The notes beneath the pieces were generated by a model. That model searched no databases. It saw only the letters and a program-made list of their open reading frames with translations, and was not told where the DNA came from. From Raillietiella orientalis (lineage: Eukaryota), in contig JAYWIR010000050.1 in assembly GCA_036172245.1 (NCBI GenBank), positions 806,001 through 870,000 on the forward strand: 64,000 bases of DNA, given 5' to 3'. Positions 13,145 to 25,100 of the stretch are shown here, one piece after another. The translations under genes and the position numbers were made by a program. Each line of letters starts with the position of its first letter. The stretch's first letter is position 1.

Positions 13145-13895
13145 TTCTTCGACAGCCACCCGAGGGTGGGTAATTCTTCAAGATAAGGGGTACCCCGGGA
13201 GCATCCGCCATATGCATCCGGGAAGGACTCGGAGTCCGTTCCTCTCATGCCTGGGATGGGATCCCCGGGAATGGAAATCATTTCCACCCTGGCTGTCTCC
13301 GAAGGGGAATCCCGAAGGGAATCCTCCTGCCTTATTCTCTCCGGAGGATCCCCGGGGGGTCCGCTTCATCCTTTCTTCTCTGAAGAGAACCCGGAAAGGA
13401 TCCGCTCCTGGAATTTCTTCTCCGGAGGGATCCCCCGAAAGGGATTCGCTCCTGTTTTTACCCCTCTGAAGGGAGCCCCGAAGAGGAGCTTCCGAAATTT
13501 CTCTGAAGGGCGCAGCTTTCCCGAAGGGATCGGCTCGCTTCTCTGCACTCTCTGGAGAGGTGGTGGCGACACACCTACTCCATCAGTACGACACTGAGGG
13601 TTCCCCTCCGGAATGGAGGGTCCGCTCCTTCACAACCAGAGGAGAGCTCCTACTCCGTGATTCCTGGGAGGACCCGGAGGTCGACTCGACTTTCTCCCGG
13701 CCCTCATCGGGGGCATCCTGTCTGAACTGCTACCAGTGCCGCACCCGGATGAACGTAGGCCGACCAGCGTCATCTTTGTGGGGTGAATTCGGAACCCCAC
13801 GACGCACTGCGTCGATTCAGTTCGGAGTATTCGAACCCGCGACGTTTGGTGCCACTCGCGGAGACCACCGTAACCACACGGTCTCCGACGCGGGC
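13145..13895 (-). mobile_element. tRNA-headed SINE, full-length copy 1 (~750 bp) with 12-bp target-site duplication
   Basis: The minus strand starts GCCCGCGTCGGAGACCGTGTGGTTACGG...GCGGGTTCGAATAC (A/B-box-like) and ends CCACCCTCGGGTGG-ctgtc-GAAGAA. It is flanked by ctgtttgtacag at 13133-13144 and 13895-13906. Confidence 0.85.
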
Positions 13896-14498
13896 TGTTT
13901 GTACAGCCCCATCAAGTTTGTTTGCCTCCTCGTAGGGGGTGTCGTACCAAATCATGCCGTACATTCTGGTGCTTCGTTTTGTGGGCATGTGCACACACGT
14001 ATGCGTGTGCGACCATCCGTGTAAAGAGTGCACACTGCGTGTACGTGTGCACATGCATCATATATGCATGCATGGGGCTGGATAGAGATGCATTGCTTTT
14101 TACGAGCATTTCTGGACGCTTGACGAAAATCAATACACGGGATGGGGAGGGGGAGGATCCCGGCGCACAATTCGAACCGAGCTGTGCAAAAGTATCAGAA
14201 ATGCAACGTGCAAATAGCAAAGCTCTCGAGCAAAACACGGCGCCGCGCGTGCACGTTTTCCAGGTGTTGCAGGACCGAGCTTTTTTTTTTTCCTTTCTTT
14301 TTTCCTTCCCGAGGTGATCCCTCGGAACCGCGTGGTCGCGACTGCAGTCCGTGAGGCGCGGGGGGGTGGGATGCGGAGCCCCGCGCGGCATGCGGGGGGC
14401 ACGGCAGAGGAAACGGCAAGGCACCCGCGACGGCACGGATGCACGCCGAAGGGCCTGCCCCTTCGAAGCACACGGCAGCGTGCGTGTGAGTTTTTTTT

Positions 14499-14520
14499 GT
14501 GTGTGTGTGTGTGTGTGTGT
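14499..14520. repeat. (GT)n microsatellite
   Basis: Perfect GT run of about 11 units. Confidence 0.9.
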
Positions 14521-14994
14521 TCCAGCTTGGAGCCCTCCACTGCGTGAGTGGACATTCCTCTGTGCCGTCCGTCCCCTCCCGCGAGGATCCACACCCCAAG
14601 GAAAATGCCGTCATACTGCCGCTGGGGCAGTTTCCGTATTTCCGTGGTTGCGCGCCCTCGCAGCGCGATTTATCGAAACGGATCTCCTCCCCTCCCCCCC
14701 ATCCCCATGCGTTTTTGTTTTTGTTCCCCCCCCCCCCTCCTTCCTTTTCTGACGGATCGTGTTAATTCGTTGCGTTAACGGCGAGTCGGCAGCGTGGCAC
14801 CGGGGCGAGACCGGAGGATGCTGCCGCCGCAATCTTAAGCCGATTTGTCCCTTCACGAGTTTCCGATTAAGCCGGTTACGATCTCCCGGCGATCCCCAAA
14901 CGTGGGTTCCCGGCCGCACGAAACGCTGCCGAGCAACCTGCCGCATATCTGTTGCTATTCGTACCTGCAGAATCCCTCGAGTGCACCAAATCCC

Positions 14995-17900
14995 ATGGAG
15001 AGGGGGTCCAGCTCCGGGTTCCTGGTCGCTGCTGCTGTTTTGTGCTCCTCGCTGCTGCTCGTGCCGGGATTCGCCTCCCCGAACGGTAAGACACGCTCGA
15101 ATGGGAGGGAGAGGGAGAGGGAAAAAGAATTTTCTTGCCTGCGCTCGTTCCCCCGCCGACCTGGCGTTCCAGCAGCCCTGCGGGGTGAAATTTTCCTACC
15201 CCTGCCTGCGTGATTCCCCGGAGTCCACCCCCACGCCGCCGCCGCGTCCATCCCCAGCGGCGACAATGGGGAGGGAAGCCCGCTCGGGGAATCGCGATCC
15301 CAAAATAGACCCCGCCGTAGCCATGGCACGCTTCTCTCCCCTCCCCTCCCCCCCGCTTCCATTGTTGGCACGGGGTGGGGGGAGCGGGGGTACAGTACAA
15401 GAAGAAAAAAAATCGAACCGATCCGGCAGTCCGCGTGCACGCATGTGTACACACACACGTACACAAAAAGCTGTAGTGCACGTGTGTCTGTGTGTATAGG
15501 GAGGGCACGGCTCGTCGGCCTTTTGGCTAAGATCGAAGCATATATATATATATATCGATTGTGAGCTACGATGCTTCCCAAGTGCTTCTGGTAGCTCCGT
15601 GTACAAAGCGCGCCTTCGTAATCCACGTCGGCCCCAACGTAAGAAGGCGAAGACTCCCGAGTGGAAAGGGGCCCTCCCTTGGATGTTGGATAGTCCTCTC
15701 CCACCCTTAGAACCTGGAAGATCGTCCGGACGTGGGATGCGCTGCCCGAGGATGGGGACGCTGGATCTTTCGGTGCGTCGTGGTGCGCTCCTCGAAGGGA
15801 CCTGTTGAAGAGGGGGCTGTTCGGATCCTCGGTGGATTCGCAGGCGTTCTCCCGTCCCCATGCAGATATTCCTGGGTTCGGATTGGGGCTGTGGGGGGCA
15901 CGGATGGAAGAGATAAGCATCGCAACACGATGTGTGCGCTGCAGGCATCCGCCACGAAGAAACGCTCAGTTGCAGCGGATCTATCGATTCCGCTCTTCCC
16001 ATATCTGATTTCCGACAGGGCATTCTCGAATCCTCCATCTTGAGAGCCCATTCTTAAGCCGTGAGCGGCCGTTTGTCGGTGGAAGCTCAGCCGCCCTCTT
16101 GCGTTCTTTCCGACTAATCCTTCTACAAACTTCCACGCAAATCTTCCGCCGTGGCAGTGTGGTCCCAGGATGAGGCCCAGTTCCTGCGGGTCCGTGCTGC
16201 TTGCAAAGGGGGACGAAAGCAAATCGTGGCGCGAAGGAAAGGAACGCGCGACTCCTGGGCTGCGGAAAGTGGTATAACGAAACCGTCCCGTGTCCAAATC
16301 CCCCTTTCAATTTGACCTGATTTTTCCCGGAAACCCATCTCGGTTTTCAGCTCAACGTGGTCGGCCCACTGGTATCTGCAAGAGCAACAGTGTCATGCAT
16401 GAGCTGGGAATTCCCAGAACGCATACTCAGCGGCAGCCTTGCTTCTTGAGCGAACCAAGGGAGAGCGTAGAAGGCGCAGGCATCCTTTGCCACCTGCACC
16501 ATCCTCACCAGCTTCGCCTCCTTGTCCTGCTCGTGTGGGCTCATGGAATCGTTTCCGAAAATCCTCAGTCTGCATCCTCCGCATCAGCTGGCACTGGCTC
16601 GTGAGCGTTCCGGGCGGTTCCTCCAGCGGAGCGCTGCCGCGGTTTAGGGGTTCGGCGGATATCGTGGCCTCTGGCATTGGGGGCGCGAGAGCCGTCTTGC
16701 CGAAGCCCGGCTGCGGGATCGCTGGCCGCCCTCACCACTGCCAACGTTCGGACGCCCCTCGTTGACATGGAGACGGGGAGGTCTTTGAGCTCGGTCGGGC
16801 GACCTTCAAGGATGGCCGTTCTTCTCTCTTCGAGCATCGCCGCACCCGGAAGGAGGTCCCCTCTAGGGATGAGGGTGGGGGTAAGGAGACCACGCCCCAG
16901 CTCCGGTGTTCAGCTGGCATCCTAGGTCGGTGGGTCGAGGCCTTGTGCCGCCAAATGTGCCCGTTGGGCGGCGCGCCGCGAGCAGCGCCGCATCGCGCAC
17001 GCGGGACCTCCTGCAGCTACGCCCCCTCTTGACCTTGACCGGGAAGAAAAGGGGGGGAAGAGGACCTTGAAGGGGACACCGCGTAATGAATGTAGAATCC
17101 GGGAATCGGAAGCAACACGGAAGTGCATCCAGCTTCCATGTGATCCTACGCGCGACGTGTCCTCTCCGTAACGGAAGTGTCGGGGGATGTCGCGCCTGGC
17201 TGCACCGAAGGTCGGCGGGCGCCGGACGCATCGGGTGCAGCACCCGCCGAAGAAGGTCTGCTACTTTCCATTTGCAAAGTTCCAGGCAATGCCGAGGACA
17301 GAGCACAACCCAAGGGAAGAACCTCATTCTTTCCAGAGGGATCCCCTGGTTTGCGGAGACCGCTCCCCTGGTTTGTTCTCCGGAGGGACCTCCCGGAAGG
17401 GATCCTATCCTCGTTCCCTCCTCCGAAGAGAACCTCGAAGAAACGCTTCCCGATTCCTCTGGAGAGCGCTCCTCGAAGGGAGCAGCGCGCTTGTGGCACT
17501 CTGGAGAGGCACCTCTCCGAGGGGGGTATCAACCGGCTCCATGGTAACGGCTCCGTTTTCACCACAGGAGAGGAACTCCAAAGGGCTCCTTGATGGAAGG
17601 ACCCCGGAGGATCCTTCTCCAATCCCGGCCGGTCATCGGGGGCATCCAGGGACATTCGGCTTCCACCCGTGCCACGCCCGCGGCCCGCATCATCCCTCGG
17701 GGGGGGACTCGAAACCCACGGCGCACCCAACTCACTGGTTTCGACCTTCCCCCGTGTGGGATTCGAACCCGCGACGCTTGGCACATCGCGCGTTGTGCCA
17801 AGGCCGACGCGGACCGGAGAAAGCAGCCGAAAGTCCCGGTGTGGCTGTGCGTCCAGATTGCGGTGGCTGAACGCGTCCTCACCCCGATAAGAAGCACCCC

Positions 17901-19072
17901 AGCCTCCCCCTCTTGAACAGCCCACTCCGGACCGAACCCTTCCCACAATGACGAGGTAATATGTCGAGGAAACGGCTGGGAGCTATCGGGAACCCTTCCT
18001 TCCCCTCTTATTCCTTTACGTCAGGGGTGTCAAACTGACGGCGCGAGGGCCGCATGCGGCCCTCGATGCGATTTTATGTGGCCCGCGATGCTCTGAAGTA
18101 AAATGAAGAAACAGAAGAATATGTTACGAAGAAAATTGCAAGTAACCGTCGCGTCTTTGCCATGACACATGCTCTATGATGCTCTGGTCGACCGTGGGGG
18201 ACAAAGTCCAAATGCAGCGTTAGAAATAACCCGAGTTTTCGTTGATTTAACGAATTTTAATGAAAGGCATTTGCGGCAGTTTCTTTGCCTCGATCAGCGT
18301 GCCAAAGATTTGTGAGTTTTTACAACTTATTTTAAAAAAAATGTATGTAGTTGGGGGTGGTTATTTGAATTTTTAAAGTTTATATCAAACCCCCTATTTT
18401 TGATATGTTAGGAAAATTTGTAAATGTGATGTGGTCCGCGTGAATCCTACCAGTCGCATTAAATGGCCCACGGTTGAAACACCTACGTGTACGTAATCCC
18501 GAATCTTACGAAGAGTGCGCGAGACCTCCCTTCGGTGTCGCTTTCCTGCTGGGGACTCCTTGAGGCCTCGACCCGCATCGTGACCTCCTGTTCTTGGATA
18601 GACTCTTCTGAGGAGGGATGCTCAGAAGATGGCGGGTTGCTGCCTCTCGGAGGAAACCCGCTGACCCCGGCGGATTTTCATCCCTTTCGGCCCGCGTCCC
18701 GTGTCCTCCAGAAGATTTTCCTGTATCCCGTGGAAGGGAGGGGCGCGATCTTTTTGCACGAGGCGGCAGCTGCAAGCCGGGCTTCCGGAGAATCGATGAG
18801 GGGGTCGGCCCGAAATCCCGAGCGACCAGAATCCCAAATATCGAAATCCCGAAGAATCACAAGAAGTAAACTCATATGTTTATCATGTACATATATTTAT
18901 ATATGTAGACAAATATACAGATTACTATACAAATTTATCCTAGCATACATGTTTATTAATGGAATTAATATATATCGACATACATAAATATATATATATT
19001 AAAGATCATAAAAATGAAAATATATGCTTCTAATTTGATATTTTTACATTCATTTAACATATATTTATTCTG

Positions 19073-19107
<35 letters not shown>

Positions 19108-22100
19108 TATGATCTTCCGAGATTCCGATATTTGGGATTTTAGTCGACAGGGCGTCGATAACACCTGATGGCGACTGTAGCCTTCAGAAATTGTCCGTGC
19201 TGAAGAGGTGGGGGGGAGCCACTTGGCCGCCGCCATGGGGTCGAGGGTGGAAGGAGCTGCCGCTGTGCCGCCGCAACCCCCGTCGGCAGGCGCCCCTGAA
19301 CCGCGTGGCTCGAGAGCGGACGCGGAGCCGAGTCCTCACTGAAGTCTTCTCCCGAATGGATCTCTAACTGTTTTCTCTCTGCCTGTCTTCTTCCTCTTAG
19401 TTTCATGTCAGCAGGTCTGCTTGGAGCGGACCAAAAAATGTCAGATTTGCTGATGACTCCCAGGTCGGGTTCTCAGAACCTCCAATCTTTGACCCCGTCC
19501 CGCCACCATCCCATCCTTTAGGAAGAACGGCTCGAAAATGTTCCGCAAACTAGTTTGAAAGGGTTGCATCCCTTGACCAGAATCGCAGTGTCTTTTAGTC
19601 AGTTTTTTCGGTTCATCTTTCGAGATGCCTCAGTTTCCCAATTAACTGTTCGATGTCCTCCATTTGTTAGCCTTTTGCACGGATTGGATATTGGGGCTCT
19701 TGAGACTTGCCCGTGAAGCTGCTTCCCTTCTGGACTGAGGGCTGAAAATCCCAGTCACTCCGAAAGGATCCAGTGAAACAGCAGGAAAAAACTCTTTCTC
19801 CTTCCTCTTTCCTTGCCTTCCCAGCTGCAGCATCAGTGGATCATTGTTCTCTTTCAAAAGCTCATATTTGGAATTTTAGCTCCACAGCATTATTTGTTCT
19901 TTCGCCTGGGCAAGCATTTTCCATATCCCAGCCTTTCTTTCTTAGTAACAGCTTTGTAGCACGAACAAATCCATCTAATCCTTCCATATAGGATCTGTTC
20001 AAACAGCCTATCTTCCAATACATCTTACATTTGCATCGTGCAGTAAAGATCATTGCTATCGATTCTACGAGCTCTTTACGCGATAAAGGGAATCCAGTTG
20101 AAGGAATGAGGAAATAAAATGAAATCCTCACGTCTTTTTCCTCATATTTCTGTTTCCTCATCCCCTCCTGTTTCAGAATTTTTCCTTGATTCTTCTGCTG
20201 GAATCTCTCTTCGGTCTTTTCCTCACCTTTCGAGTGCTCAATTATTCCATTTACTCAGTACCAGCCGCTCGATCTGTAATGTTACTGTAGTCGTTATACT
20301 TCAATTTTTTGCCTTTTTAGGAAGAAAATCTCTTTATCTTTTTTCCTTGCGCACTGTTTCGTCTTCGACGTTCGGTGAGGTGGCAGCACTTGCATTGTTG
20401 CGCAATCTCCTGCTCCTCGACCGTCGACTCTATATTTAGCTCTTCGAGGCCCCGCGCTCCCATCCAGAGCCGGTCGCTTCCGGCGCCTTCGCGCGCGCGC
20501 GCTTCAGGTAAGCGTGGCAACCCTGCCGCTCGCTCCCTGACCAAGGCGCGAGCAGCCCCTGAAGTTTTGCCGCGCCTTGTTTTCGGGGGCCCCTGGGCTG
20601 CTGCGATCGCTCTCGACTCGGCCCCCCCTCTTTCTCCGAAGACCCCCCTCCTCGCGAAACCGGGATGGATCGGTTGTCCTGGCTGCGGCTCTCGCCTCCC
20701 GGTAGCCAGACTCCTTCCGACCCCAGAATTCCTTGGCGCGATCGCTTTTCCGCACCCCCGCGGCCAACGTCCTCTTCTCTCGATGAAGGCCTTCTCTCCT
20801 TCTCAGAATCAGGAACGAAAAAAAAAAAGGTTTTCCACGCGCCTGCTGCGGAGGTCCAATGATCTCGCCTTTCGTTTGCGCTCACTTCCGCATCCAAACC
20901 TTCCCATCTCGTCTTCGTTTCTTCCGTTGCGTTCTAAATTCGAGCCTTCCTGGGAGATGCTGTGCAGACTCAGCTTTGGCGAGGATTGCATCGGCACTAC
21001 GGATGGTTTTCCGTCGCTCCTTCGATTTCCAAGTGGTTCTGGAAAACGGCTCAGCACAGAAATTTTTAAAGAAATCTCTTTCATGGTTTGAGCTCATCGT
21101 TTCGTCTGAGCACTTGGCTGCTGCTGCTGTCAGCGGTCGTCAGACGTGTGCGTGCTCGTCACTTGTTTGTAGCCGACGGCCGTTGCGTGCAGCCAGACGT
21201 GAATGAAAATACCCGATCCGCCTGTTCTTGGAGTCCACTCAGGCAACCAGAGACCTTCTTCCATTTCTATTCCCCCCCACCCCCCCCTCAAAGGGCTGCA
21301 AACGTGACTCTTTCTTGTTGCTCCATCGGATGTTCTGAAGCACGTCGGAACATCCGATTTCCATCTGCTCACTTCAAGGAACTCTCTTCTTCGCCGACTT
21401 CCCTCGTCCACTGCAGTTTCCTTAAGAATTCGCCTCTTCGTCTCTGGGATGAAGTCACGGGCGTCCGATTTTCTGATCGGCATCCAGTCGTTCCTGATTT
21501 TCTTTCCCGGGATCAATCCTCCCGTACGAGGATTCGATAAACGGAATTTGCAGCCTTAGATGAGCTGCCATCCATGGGTGGCAGAAGAAGAAGAAGAAGA
21601 AGAAAAACAGTCCGTGGAAACGAGAGGCTGCAGTCTCGTTGCTACTACGACAAAGACTTTATCCAGCAGTGTTTTCGAAGCCCTCGAACCCATTTTAGAG
21701 TGCGAATCTTAGTTGCATCTCAATCCAGCTGATCTCCTTGCATGCCGACGGCGCTCGCAACGACTCTGTTGGCGAAGGGAAAATGTCAGGTCGGTTTGAC
21801 CTACCAGCTGAGCCAATCTGGCCACTAATTATGCGAATAACATGCAATTATCAACGAGTTTCAGTCAAAGTACCTTTGTAGTTACCAAAATAACGCAAGG
21901 AAATTTTCACTGAAGCCGAAAGAAAGCCTGGGGCGGAATTTTATTTTATCGAGTGAGGTCAAAAAAAAAAAAAAAAAACAGCCGTTTTAGCTGGTAACCA
22001 GGAAATCTTTCAAGTTGCTGAAATTGCCCGCTGCGCGTGGAAGGCCGTGACCGCGGTCCCAGCGCGTCGTGGCATTCGTCGCTGGTTCCAATCCCACGTA

Positions 22101-25100
22101 GGGGGAGGGTCGGCGCCAGAGAGATGGGTGCGCCGCGGGTTTCGAGTCTCCCCTGCAGGACGACGCTGGTTGACCCACAGGCATCGGGTGCGCCGCCGGT
22201 GGAAGCAGAAAACCCCCAGATGCCCCCCCCCACCTCCCCTTTCCTCAATGGAGTGGCCGGGACTGAAAGTCGACCGAGGAGCCACCGGTCCAATTCGGAG
22301 TTTCCCCCCGTCCCCACCCCTCAGGGGGGGACTCCCCTCCATCCTCGTACCACGGGGTTTGTTGGATCGATACCTCTCCAGAGTGTGAAGAAGCGGGCTG
22401 CTCCCTTCGGGGAGCGCCCTTCAGGGAAAATTCAGAAGCGTCCCTTCGGGGGGTTTCCCTCCCAGGCGAAAGAGGGACGGAAGACCCCTTTCTCCGGAGC
22501 TCCCTGGATTCCACTGGGTGGTCGCCCTTCCCGGGGTACCCCCCTAACCTGAAGAGTTCCAAATTCATAATGGAGCCTGTGATCCTCTGCCGGCAACTGG
22601 CCAAGAGGGGGCGTCGGGAAAATGTGGAATTCATAGAATGGCGGGGATACGCTTCACGTCACGGTAGAAGAAGCGATAGGAAGCGCGAAGGGCATCCGCT
22701 GCTCAGCCATGCAGAACGCGCCTCCGCAAGAGGAGAAATTTCCTCTTGCATCTCGTTGATCCTCGAACCTTCAACGACTGTTTTCGAATTTCTGTTCCAG
22801 ATGACGATGAAGCTGAATACGACGCGCCTTCTCTGTGGAACAGCTCTTTTTCGCGAACTGCAGCGGAGCTGAGCTCTTGCGTGAGGAATGAGACGCTGGT
22901 GGTCCTGCACGGAAGGCAGTGCTTCCGAAAGTGCATCCATGACGACGAGTGCAAGAGCAAAAGGAAGAAGTGCCGTTGTGACGGCGTCTGCGGCATGTCG
23001 TGCATAAAGCCAGGTGAGAGCGCCCTTCCCTTCCTTCCCCGATGGCGAGTGATTTTCGATTACCCGGCGCATCCATCTAGAAGGGGTGATGGGTATGGGA
23101 TGAACTTATTCCCAACGGGGAATCGGGGAGGCGGTTCGTTTCCCGTGGATCTCTCTGTCCCTTGCCCACAGGAGCTGCGCTTGCGATATTCGATATTGCA
23201 GCTTTCACTGCACCGAGATCATGTGTTCTCCTGCCATTATCTCCGTTCTTCAGCAAGGAATACTGATGCTGTTTCCTTCAGTGCTCCTCAGAAATATCAA
23301 TTACAAAGTCAATGCATCCTGTCGATTCGGTAAAAGACTAATTCAAGATGGGTGTGCTTTCTTTAGAGCTCTCGGGCTGTCTCCAGCCATCGATGAACAA
23401 AGCGAATTCTTTTCGTTGCTTCTGGCATGGAAGAAAAAAGAAAAGGGGGAAAAAGATCCCCAGAATCCTTCGGAGGAAGTTCTTCACGACCTGGTGAAAT
23501 GATTCGCTCGCAGTCTGCCGCGAGCGCAAACGAGCCTGTTACTAAGCAACAGATCTTTTCCGAGTCGACGATTCCTCTTTTTCCGTCCCCGTCCACTGGG
23601 GAACACCCTGTACTTTTAAAGGAGGTCGAGGGGCAGCTAAGAAGAATTCCTGAAGTCTTCGAGACCCACCGCTAGCTTGGAGTTCATCAAAAGTGTTTAA
23701 TAAGAGGGCGGCCAAGATTTTCACGCACATCTTCTCCACATCTCGGAAGAAGCGGGAGGAAATTTTCGAGGCTCCTGGATTTCCGCTGTCGTCCCGAACC
23801 GAACTCCCCTCATGAATTATCCAGGTGGATGGCTCGTATTGATTTCTTCTGCATCTGATGAGGCGAAGGATTCATTCCGAGGAGCAATCAGCGGTCACGC
23901 GTTCGAAGAAGTTTCAAGCTAATCCTTCCGCGACCTTTTTTCATAGAAGATCCTTTGCGGGCTGGTCGGATTCAATGAGGTGAGGTAAAATAAAATGCTT
24001 CCGCACACATTCTGGGCTCCAGTTGTAATTTGTGGAGCCCCCTTGCTCATTAGCCACTGGTCTTGACAGGATGAAGTTAACAGACCACAAGAAAAGAGGG
24101 GAAAGGTCCTCAGAGGGTCTCCTGAAGAATGCAGGATCCGTACGGACGAGAAGCCATGCGAACTGCAATTTTCGTTCTTGTACAGAAACCGATAGTGCTT
24201 CTTGCCCACCGCAGTCTTTTAGATGAGACCCATCAGCCACACTGAAAACCCACTGCTAAAAAGCTCTTTGCTGTTCAGCAAACACGACAGAGTTGCAAAG
24301 GGGTTCTGGGACTGGCATGCTTGTGCGTATGTGTGTATGTATGTATACACATGTGTGTTTTCCAGTCTGCATTTCTTGTTCTTGCTCTTCGCACCTGTTC
24401 TTTCTCCATTTCGTTTCCATTGGTTTTCATTGCGTGCATTTTATTTTATTTTTATCCTCACTTTTCTCCTCTCGGTATCCATCTTTTGAGCAAACGTTGG
24501 TTCCTTCCTCTGGATGCCGGTGGGCAAGCGCATTCCTCTGCCCACAGATAAGATATCTGATTCTATCTCAGCTGCCATCCCGATCGATAAGCATTCTAAA
24601 AAAAATCCATATTTTGTTTTATTTTATTGTTTATCAATTACTTTTCCTTAAATGGTGAAAAGTGCATTTGCCCGCTGGGCTGTTCACCAACCTGAAAATC
24701 AACGCCAACGAAAAATTCCAACGGTCCGTTACTCCAGAATATGCTCTCTAATGTCCTCGAGATGCAAGTATAAAAACGTGTAACGAACATTTGATGACTG
24801 TCCCTTTCCTGCCTATAATTTATGGAACAAAATGGAAGTGGCTGGAAGCTGCTCGTAGGTTTCCCCTCCCCTGGAAGATTAACGGGATCGGGCCGCTGAA
24901 ACGAACAAGTGAAAAATCAGAGGGAGAAATGGCTGCAATCCCACAAGTGAGTTCCCCGATCCCTGCAGGCAACTGGAACGGGATTTCCACGGACGACGGA
25001 GTGCTGTAGCCGACTTGGATCGAGTGCCTGGAAGAACACGATCGAACCGGGTGCTCCCAAGAAGAGAGAGAGAGGAAAAAAAAGATGGTCCAGTTGTGTG

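Noticed and set aside
13290..13545. CRISPR-like array of palindromic repeats
   Set aside because: The units are degenerate and contiguous with no unique spacers, there are no cas genes, and the context is eukaryotic.
13820..13895. tRNA gene candidates at the SINE heads (also ~17760, ~22080, ~29560, ~39415)
   Set aside because: A B-box is present but there is no closed cloverleaf or acceptor stem, and each continues into the same repeat body.
19862..20161. EEKD..GFPLSRKEL motif resembling a pogo/CENP-B HTH
   Set aside because: A single short motif with no supporting downstream DDE remnants.
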